The position numbers were made by a program, and so were the translations under genes. The notes under the pieces are model-generated. The model saw nothing but the letters and a program-made list of their open reading frames with translations, was not told the origin of the DNA and made no database searches. Below are positions 1 to 6,700 of a stretch of 13,880 nt of DNA, one piece after another. Source of the stretch: a virus; UHGV virus genome UHGV-1775278. One strand, 5' to 3'. Position 1 is the first letter of the stretch. Each line of letters starts with the position of its first letter.

Positions 1-92
1 CAGCGGGGGTGCCTCCCCCTGGGGATATCCCCGGCCTTACCCCATTCTTTCAAGACACAATGCAAGGCCGCATCCGCATAGGTGCATTACCG

Positions 93-159
93 CAACATTA
101 AGGAGACTTAGGGCAAAAGGTAATCGCCACAAAAAAATCCCTATGCCTCCTTAATGTTG
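93..159. repeat. 13-bp perfect inverted repeat (CAACATTAAGGAG / CTCCTTAATGTTG) with 41-bp spacer
   Basis: Arms at 93-105 and 147-159 are exact reverse complements. Each arm contains an AAGGAG/CTCCTT core. A nested 5-bp inverted repeat TAGGG/CCCTA lies inside the spacer (109-113 and 139-143). Non-coding region with no ORF of 60 aa or more. Confidence 0.6.
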
Positions 160-365
160 AGGATGTGCATTGATGATGATTCGATGCGGCGAGTCCCGTT
201 ACTCTCTGCCGGACCATCATCAATGAACATCTTAAAAAGACCTTCCGTGGCTCAACATGTCTTGTTGTTTACTCCGTAAAGTGCTCTCTCTGAAACCACT
301 TTACGCACTAAACCTGCTGAACTTTGGCTTGCTCGGTGCCAAAGCGAGTCCCTGTATGCATGTAA

Positions 366-375
366 TTTTCTAACA
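366..375 (-). promoter_or_regulatory. Copy 1 of conserved element TTTTCTAACA (minus-strand reading TGTTAGAAAA)
   Basis: Exact 10-mer in the non-coding 1-533 region; one of five copies, all in the same orientation. Confidence 0.5.
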
Positions 376-389
376 CTTTAATTTGTTAT

Positions 390-465
390 TTGCTGGTGGG
401 CGAACAACAACCAATAAGTGACTATCAAGCCCAGCAAGCGAAATGTGGCAACGCTCCACCAGCAA
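390..465. repeat. Inverted pair of Chi octamers within a 10-bp inverted repeat (TTGCTGGTGG ... CCACCAGCAA)
   Basis: GCTGGTGG at 392-399 and its reverse complement CCACCAGC at 456-463. The flanking bases extend the match to a perfect 10-bp inverted repeat (390-399 and 456-465). Non-coding DNA. Confidence 0.6.
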
Positions 466-521
466 GGAAAATTCTAAGTTAAGTTACTCTCACAATCAAT
501 ATGTTCGTTTGATGAAATTAG

Positions 522-531
522 ATTTCTAACA
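522..531 (-). promoter_or_regulatory. Copy 2 of conserved element (ATTTCTAACA, 9 of 10 identical to the other copies)
   Basis: Begins 2 nt after the stop codon of the 406-aa gene. The flanks AAATTAGaTTTCTAACATATT closely match copy 3 (AAATTAGtTTTCTAACATATT). Confidence 0.5.
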
Positions 532-533
532 TA

Positions 534-1754
534 TTATTTCCCATAAAGATCTTCTACGCCCCCATTCTTCTTGTCCCATTCGTTAGCCCACACCCGGCAG
601 GCATCAATAATTTCTTGACGACGGTCGCCCTGCATAAAGGGGATGCTTTCATGAAAACTACTTGGGATACAGGCCACGCTGAATACGGTATCAAACGCAG
701 TCTGTTTGATAGCTTCCAACGTCTCTGGGCGCATTTTCAATTCATCGATCGGCGCATCCTTAGAGTCCATAATCCGGCGATGCAGGCGCGGGAAATCAGT
801 CTCCAGGTACGCCATAATTTTATCTGCCAGGCATTCGTCTATATCGGTATTCCAGTCCGTTTCGAAGCCGGGCAGGCGATAGTAAAGCGGCGTTCCCCAT
901 ACTGATGGGATCACATCCATCGTCAGCAGGCGGTTGGTTCTAATTTGTTGATGGTAATTAGCCGTCAACAGAGCTTCACCACGCTGACCAGTCTCCGCAA
1001 CCAGACCATGCGGGTACTCATGGATATAGGCAATAGCATCCACCCCGTCATACATGAGCGGGAATGTCTCTGGCCTTTGTCCCATACCACAAGCGCGGTT
1101 CAGATCATGACCAAGCTGTGAACACTCTCGTTTCAGCGTTTCAATAATGTTCTGCGCTGCTGCTAACTTTTTACGCAGTGTGACACCTTCGCCTTGATAC
1201 TTAATGCACTGCTGATTCAGCTCTGTTAAACGCTCTTTTAGTTCCCGACGCTCTCTTTTCAGCGCACGGTTATCCTTCTCCGCAACATCCAGTCGTTTTG
1301 ACAGGCTGGCTGGATAGTCTTTTTTGTAACGACTCAAATCGGCTTCTGCGGATTTGCGCAGTGTGTTTGCCTGTTCAAGACGCGCTTCCAGATTGCCGAT
1401 CTCACTACGCATACTCGCGGCAAATTGATTAACAGCATCGCCAAGACTTTCAACTGTCGCTGATACGCCTGTGACTCGTGAAAAACGGAGCAAGCCATCA
1501 TTAACAGCTTGTTGATATTCCTCAAACTGATCCACCAGCTTGTTGTAATCAACCGTCCCTTCCTCAAGTAGCTGGTTGATCTCCGCGACCAGGTTATCAG
1601 TCGTGGCAATGACGCTCTCATGTAACCGTCTGGACAGGTCATCCCCCGGATTCCGCTTTTGAATAAGGGCGATCTGTGTCCGCAGCGTTTCAATCGCGGC
1701 TGAGATGATTTCCAGATTAGAAGTATCAGTTTGTTGACTCATTGCAGTTCCCAT
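534..1754 (-). CDS. Hypothetical protein, N-terminal coiled-coil plus C-terminal globular domain (406 aa)
   Basis: Long uninterrupted minus-strand ORF. The N-terminal ~200 aa is charged and Leu-rich with heptad-like spacing (e.g. LEARLEQANTLRKSAEADL, RERRELKERLTELNQQ); the C-terminal ~200 aa is non-repetitive. A second in-frame ATG at 1742 has GGGA about 6 nt upstream, so the true start may be 1742. Element copy 3 and the terminator of the upstream operon lie just 5' of it. No family recognised. Confidence 0.7.
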   Translation of the reverse strand: MGTAMSQQTDTSNLEIISAAIETLRTQIALIQKRNPGDDLSRRLHESVIATTDNLVAEINQLLEEGTVDYNKLVDQFEEYQQAVNDGLLRFSRVTGVSATVESLGDAVNQFAASMRSEIGNLEARLEQANTLRKSAEADLSRYKKDYPASLSKRLDVAEKDNRALKRERRELKERLTELNQQCIKYQGEGVTLRKKLAAAQNIIETLKRECSQLGHDLNRACGMGQRPETFPLMYDGVDAIAYIHEYPHGLVAETGQRGEALLTANYHQQIRTNRLLTMDVIPSVWGTPLYYRLPGFETDWNTDIDECLADKIMAYLETDFPRLHRRIMDSKDAPIDELKMRPETLEAIKQTAFDTVFSVACIPSSFHESIPFMQGDRRQEIIDACRVWANEWDKKNGGVEDLYGK

Positions 1755-1770
1755 TGTTTTGCAAAATTAG

Positions 1771-1780
1771 TTTTCTAACA
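1771..1780 (-). promoter_or_regulatory. Copy 3 of conserved element TTTTCTAACA
   Basis: Located 17 nt upstream of the 406-aa gene start and downstream of the terminator at 1823-1849. A TAAAAT -10-like hexamer lies just 5' of it on the minus strand. Confidence 0.55.
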
Positions 1781-1822
1781 TATTTTATTAGTATGAGAAC
1801 AAGATCGAAAGATGTGATAAAC

Positions 1823-1849
1823 AAAAAACCCGCTAATCGGCGGGTTTTT
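1823..1849. terminator. Intrinsic terminator hairpin, bidirectional (A-run, CCCGC stem, 6-nt loop, GCGGG stem, T-run)
   Basis: Sequence AAAAAACCCGCtaatcgGCGGGTTTTT. On the minus strand the hairpin is followed by TTTTTT and sits directly after the stop of the 1856-2155 gene, closing the VRR-NUC operon. Confidence 0.65.
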
Positions 1850-1855
1850 GAGCGG

Positions 1856-2155
1856 TTATTGTGTCATTGCCTGGTAGATAAAATACACGATGCATACCGG
1901 TACGATAGCCCATTGCAGCAATGAAAGCAGCCTCATGGCTGTCATTGGAGTAACTCCGTCTACGTATTCCTTCTCTGACATTTTCCCTAACCAACTAACC
2001 GACAAAAGGGTCGAGTTCTCCCCCATTTCCAGCTCCCTGAGGGCTTCCCGGATTAAAGGCGCTGTTACCACCTTGCGGGCGGTGTTGAGCGTAATGCTCC
2101 GCGTCCTCCCGGCGTCATCGGCAAACGCCAGGTTCACATGATATTTTTTGCTCAA
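1856..2155 (-). CDS. Small hypothetical protein with C-terminal hydrophobic (probable transmembrane) segment
   Basis: The ORF track gives 1856-2170, but that start has no Shine-Dalgarno. An in-frame TTG at 2155 has GGGAG 8 nt upstream and overlaps the upstream stop as TTGA. C-terminus LLSLLQWAIVPVCIVYFIYQAM is hydrophobic. No family recognised. Confidence 0.5.
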   Translation of the reverse strand: MSKKYHVNLAFADDAGRTRSITLNTARKVVTAPLIREALRELEMGENSTLLSVSWLGKMSEKEYVDGVTPMTAMRLLSLLQWAIVPVCIVYFIYQAMTQ

Positions 2156-2352
2156 TGTACAAACTCCCAATCATCAGCGCCTGTACTTTCCGGGGTAATG
2201 TGAACCTTATCACCAGTGACAATATTCCGAGCCTCTATTGTTCCATTGCTGTGTTTCAACAACTCAACACACAATGGTTGCTGCCAGGAACGACGGCGAG
2301 CAACAACGTTAGCACCAGCAGGGATAAGTTCAGCCACGTTAAGTAAACGCAA
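2152..2352 (-). CDS. Small 66-aa protein, paralog of the 11762-11959 gene; tentatively DUF2829/Tad2-like
   Basis: TTG start with GGAGA 7 nt upstream, 14 nt after the VRR-NUC stop. Shares with the other copy the layout A..G.A.V.RR..W near the N-terminus and DW(E/I)(F/V)V at the C-terminus (GANVVARRRSW ... GADDWEFVH). Family assignment is from memory of the family pattern, not a search. Confidence 0.5.
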   Translation of the reverse strand: MRLLNVAELIPAGANVVARRRSWQQPLCVELLKHSNGTIEARNIVTGDKVHITPESTGADDWEFVH

Positions 2353-2366
2353 AACGATTTCTCCGT

Positions 2367-2675
2367 TTAATCAAGACAAACATATTCCGTGATAGCTTTT
2401 ATGGCTTCAGCGGCACTGCGCGCCTCAAAGCAGTAGTAACCTGCTTCGGTGAGGCGAGTCATCCAGACGAGTTGTTCGGGAGTCAGGCGATTTCTCCCAT
2501 GTTTCATCTCAATGCGCATTCCGTGGTATCCCCCACAAGCAAGGTCTATAGAAAGATCGGGATATCCCTTCTTTTGGCCCTCTGCCACCATTTTTATTGC
2601 CGTCCTTATGCCTCGCAGACCGCCGTTTGGAGTGGCGTGTGTATGCTCATACACATAGCGCATATTGCGATACAA
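2367..2675 (-). CDS. VRR-NUC domain nuclease (PD-(D/E)xK superfamily)
   Basis: Motifs HATPNGG, KGYPDLSI, GMRIEMKHGRNRLTPEQ and a C-terminal EAGYY..EARSAAEAIKAI helix match the VRR-NUC pattern. The only canonical start is TTG at 2675, but the frame stays open to 2810 and the extra codons still look like VRR-NUC helix 1 (HYEQVRVLDWL). Confidence 0.75.
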   Translation of the reverse strand: MYRNMRYVYEHTHATPNGGLRGIRTAIKMVAEGQKKGYPDLSIDLACGGYHGMRIEMKHGRNRLTPEQLVWMTRLTEAGYYCFEARSAAEAIKAITEYVCLD

Positions 2676-2812
2676 CCAATCCAGGACGCGTACCTGCTCG
2701 TAATGCTCATGGTTCCTTTTGATTAGATCTGGGTTTTTCTCCAGTTCTCTGAGAGCTGCGGCATGTGGGGACGTTTCAGAATATTCACTGCGACGCCTTC
2801 TTTTCCTCGCTA

Positions 2813-2822
2813 TTTTCTAACA
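2813..2822 (-). promoter_or_regulatory. Copy 4 of conserved element TTTTCTAACA
   Basis: Lies at the head of the VRR-NUC operon; the TAG inside the element is the stop that opens the VRR-NUC reading frame. Confidence 0.5.
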
Positions 2823-2996
2823 CACCCATTGATAGTAAATAAGCGAAATAATAACAACTGCGTTAGATTTGTAAAACAAGAGAGATACTACTCAAGGCTG
2901 GGCTATATGCAACAGGTAGGATTTGCTTTTAGAGTAAAAAGTGACCTTAATCAACAAGGAGGGTAAATCGCATGGCATTTACCCAACTTGTTATTT

Positions 2997-3257
2997 TTAA
3001 AGGTTTATTTTATCCGGTTCGGATATTTCTGTGATTGTCTTGTCGATTGCGATCAACCACCCTTCATAGGTTAAATCATCAACAAGCTCTACCAGTTTGT
3101 CTTCTGTATGAGGGAAGTATACCCAGCTCCAGCTCGCTGGGTTTTCTGCTTTTCGCAGCGTAAAAACCTTCTTGTAACGGTGAAACTCAAGGACATACCC
3201 CTTCGATATGGAATATTCCTTTAGGTCTTCGACCGTAAACCTACGATTCTTTCGCAT
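2997..3257 (-). CDS. Hypothetical protein (86 aa)
   Basis: ATG start 2 nt after the stop of the 144-aa gene (TAGccATG) with a G-rich stretch upstream. Last gene of the operon that contains the giant gene. No family recognised. Confidence 0.5.
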   Translation of the reverse strand: MRKNRRFTVEDLKEYSISKGYVLEFHRYKKVFTLRKAENPASWSWVYFPHTEDKLVELVDDLTYEGWLIAIDKTITEISEPDKINL

Positions 3258-3259
3258 GG

Positions 3260-3694
3260 CTACCCCATGATTCGATATTTCTCTATTGACTCGTCGTAAC
3301 TTGTGTACACGTATGGCTCTGTATCATCAGCATAAGGTGCGACTTCCAGAGCATGAACGGGATTGTATACCGCGTCATTTTCCAGGCGATCGCTCGAATA
3401 CAGATGCCCAGCCAAAACCGTAAGCGCCGGGCGACTCATTTTGTAGATCTCTGCCACATCACTATCTACAACTTGTCCAAATGATATGTCGCCGCGCTCC
3501 AGCAATATCGTTTTGAGCGCGGGCCACCACGGACCATAAAGGTGATAAAGCTGTGGATTTTTCTTCAGCCTTTCTACCATGCCATCAAGATAAACTGTCA
3601 GGTATTCTTCTTCACTCCTGCCATTGAGTGCCTGCGGCAAGATTTCCTCAAGGTAGGATTCCGTCGGTTTTACAGTGTCAATTAGTGTCGTCAT
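3260..3694 (-). CDS. Hypothetical protein (144 aa), immediately downstream of the giant methyltransferase-helicase gene
   Basis: ATG at 3694 lies 36 nt after the giant ORF stop. Same strand, acidic protein, no family recognised. Confidence 0.6.
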   Translation of the reverse strand: MTTLIDTVKPTESYLEEILPQALNGRSEEEYLTVYLDGMVERLKKNPQLYHLYGPWWPALKTILLERGDISFGQVVDSDVAEIYKMSRPALTVLAGHLYSSDRLENDAVYNPVHALEVAPYADDTEPYVYTSYDESIEKYRIMG

Positions 3695-3701
3695 TCAAAT
3701 T

Positions 3702-3719
3702 CGGCCCCGGTTGGGGCCG
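3702..3719 (-). other. GC-rich hairpin (CGGCCCC ggtt GGGGCCG) between a Shine-Dalgarno sequence and the start codon of the 144-aa gene
   Basis: 7-bp perfect GC stem with 4-nt loop. On the minus strand the order is TAA (giant ORF stop), cagat, AAGGAG, hairpin, aatttga, ATG. Confidence 0.55.
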
Positions 3720-3730
3720 CTCCTTATCTG

Positions 3731-6700
3731 TTAGGCCGCATCGGCGATTATTTTACGCAGTTCATCTACCGAGTAACGCGTAGATACCATCCATGCCGGA
3801 CGGTCAAAGTTCACATCAGCAACCGGGTTTGCTTCAAAATTCCAGAAACGCCCGCCAATCTTCTTAATCGCGTCCTTGGCGTTCCGTATTGTCGAGGAAC
3901 CGGGCTGATCGGCAATGAGATAAACGGCTCCCACATCTTCACTGACACTCCACCAGCGCCCGCGAACACGGGCTTTAGCGCGAATCGGCTTATCATTAAC
4001 CACAATGATATAGTCATCATTCGCCGCTTCATCAGCTCTGGCTTCAGCCACTGCCGCCTGCTCTTCTCTTTTGCTTTCAGCCTGCTCAAGCCTTTCCGCG
4101 ATCTCTGATTCAGTGGCCCCGCCGTTTTTCAGCGATACATAGTCCTGCCACGTTGCCGATTTGAGCGCATCCGGCAACTCATTCACATAGTCGCCGTCTT
4201 TCAACTCACGGGCGCGACGGGTAGCCATTTCTACCAGGCGATTAACAGAAACAGCATCAGCAAAATCGTCCTTACTAATGTGTTTTTCATCAAATGCATT
4301 GATGACAGCCCCCACCTTAATCCACTGCGCTGCTGGCGAATCCAGAGGATTATCGGCCTGAACAATGGCTAATTTCGCTCCATCGACACCATTATTAGCC
4401 AGCTGCTCCAATGCCGACCAGCCATCGGCATCGCTGAGTGATTTATATTGCTCAAACAATGCATCGCGCCAGGCCACCAGCGCAGCTCGTGTTTTCTCAA
4501 TTTTCGCCGTAATTTTCGCGGCCTTCACCTGATTAAACATCCGTTCAATGTCATCAGTGTTGCTAAAGGCTTTCATCCTGCCCTGGAATAAACGGTATGC
4601 CACCACGGTCTTCCAGAAAGATTCCAGCCCTTCTCCGGACGGTTTACGGAACAGGCTAAGAATATCTTCAGAAGTAACTTTATTAAGTGAGCGACTGGAC
4701 AAACCACGCCCTGCCATCCAGTTTTCAAACTCCTGGGAAACATCATCCATCGTGGCCTGTGCCCCCCATGCCTGCATTCCCTGGATGTAATCATATCCAT
4801 ACAATGCCTGGAGGAATCCCTCGCCGTCCACGACATTCAGCGGGTTATCACTGGCTTGTATTTTTGCCACTTCACGCTTCAGCGCCTCATCGTTGCCATC
4901 AGGGTAAATCCACCGCTCAGGCGCTATATCCGATGCTCGCCCGATTTTTTGACCTATTACGCCATCATAAGCCGATGACAGTGCAATCTGACCATCATCG
5001 GTGCGATAAGCCCAGTATTTAATAGCTGAACCACCGCCCCATACTCTACCAGGCTTCCCGGCAGTGACATTCATTACCCCATTGCGAATAGCATCATAGA
5101 ACTGATCGCGCGTAAGTGTTGTTGATAGCTGGTGGCATTGAACACCACGTGCAGCTGTTTCACGCGATTCTGCAACTCCCTCTTCAAAGGTTACCGATTC
5201 AATTATCAGGTTAAAGGGCAAAAATAATGCCGTACCCGGAGAACGAGAGTAACGACTAGCCACATCCAGCCAGGATATGCGGCACGTACACCCGCCCCTT
5301 TCCGCATCAATGGCGGTAACACGAACAATTGCTGTCGTATTGTGATTCTCATCGATGATCGCGCGATAATGGCTGTCCTTGTGCAACAAGATATTTTTCT
5401 CAGTGCGTACATACTCCTGTGGGTTCTGCAATACATCGGCATCAAGCTCCAGAACCCCGGCTTTAATCGCACGTTCCAGATCACCACGGGAACGTTTCAT
5501 AACGGTGTCAGCGTCTTTAGCTCTGGTGATCGCAAAGCGTAGCTCCCGCACACGTTTTCTGTAGTCTCGCAACTGTTCCAGAACATATTTCTGCCCGTTC
5601 CTGTTCGTCCCCGCTTTAATCAGGTCGTCAAGATTGCGCTGGTAATGCTCTACCTGCTCCATCGCGCTTTTCAGTTCTGTCTCCATCATGCCGATATCTT
5701 TCCCGGCAGCATTCGCCGCTTTCAGGTAGTTATCGAGAGCATTATTGGCTTCGCGTAGGGCTTTCAGTTTCAGACGTTCTTCACGCTCTTGCGCCTGACG
5801 ACTCATGATTGCACGGCGTTCTTCCGGATTTGCCGCCAGCATAATGGCGCGTTCATCTGCGTCATCCGCATCACCATTGGCGATCTCTGACATGTCGGAG
5901 GTCATCACCATATTGATCCAGTCCTTCTTACGTTTCAGCGTATCCAGACGGAAGTCGTCGAATGTGCCTTTGCCACAATAGTAGTGAACATTGACCTTTT
6001 CTTGCGGTGAACCTACGCGCGCACCGCGCCCATTTCGTTGGTCGATACTGGCTGGTGTCCAGGGTAGTGTCAGGTGGTGGATATCGGTTGTCCCGATGTG
6101 CAGGTTAATACCTACTTCAGCCTTCTTGTTACAGATTATGATGCGCGTGCGACCTTCGTTATAGTCGGCGGCAATACCTTCCATGCCCTCAAGGCCAGCA
6201 TCATTTTTAGCTGAGAGATAATCCTCATATTGGGCAAGTTTGCTGTAGTAGGTTTCCCATGCACCTTCTTTGTATTCACCGTTTTTATTTGGCGTAGGTT
6301 CAGTAGGCTTATTCACCTTCTTCAGCTTGACGCCGCCAGCCTGGCTAACTGTCGTCGCATTGATAATGCCTATCTCCTGCTCCGGCATTTGCAGTGCACT
6401 GGCAATAATACGGCGCAGCTTCTGGTGCTGGGCTTTTTCATCAATGAAGACGATTTGTTTACCGTTCTTCAGACCTTCACGAAGGTTTTCGATCAGCGCG
6501 GCATACTTCGGCGGGATGGGGTGTGATACCTGCTGCATATCAATACCGGCAGCCGCAATGGCCTTCAGTATTTCAGCTTCCAGTTCAATGCCAGCACGTA
6601 TTTCAACATGCGACGGATGTTCGCTAAAGGTGGTCTTCACTACCTTGCTGGTACGCGTACTGACCAGCCCACCAGCGCCATCTTCTTCGGCCTCGTCTGC

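Noticed and set aside
4-34. GC-rich hairpin and palindrome (GGGGGtgcctCCCCC and GGGGATATCCCC) at the window edge
   Set aside because: No flanking T-run on either strand and truncated context, so it cannot be interpreted as a terminator.
615-1693. ORFs 615-905 (+) and 1334-1693 (-) inside the 406-aa gene
   Set aside because: Fully embedded in or antisense to a longer, better-supported ORF; no ribosome-binding sites; composition typical of shadow frames.
1742-2726. Plus-strand ORFs 1742-1924, 1890-2141, 2155-2346, 2449-2658 and 2472-2726
   Set aside because: Antisense to the VRR-NUC, small-protein and membrane-protein operon, which has coherent ribosome-binding sites and a terminator; 1742-1924 also runs through the terminator hairpin.
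2763-2966. Plus-strand ORF 2763-2966 (67 aa) in the intergenic region
   Set aside because: No Shine-Dalgarno, low-complexity Asn run, and it spans the element and probable promoter region of the minus-strand operon.
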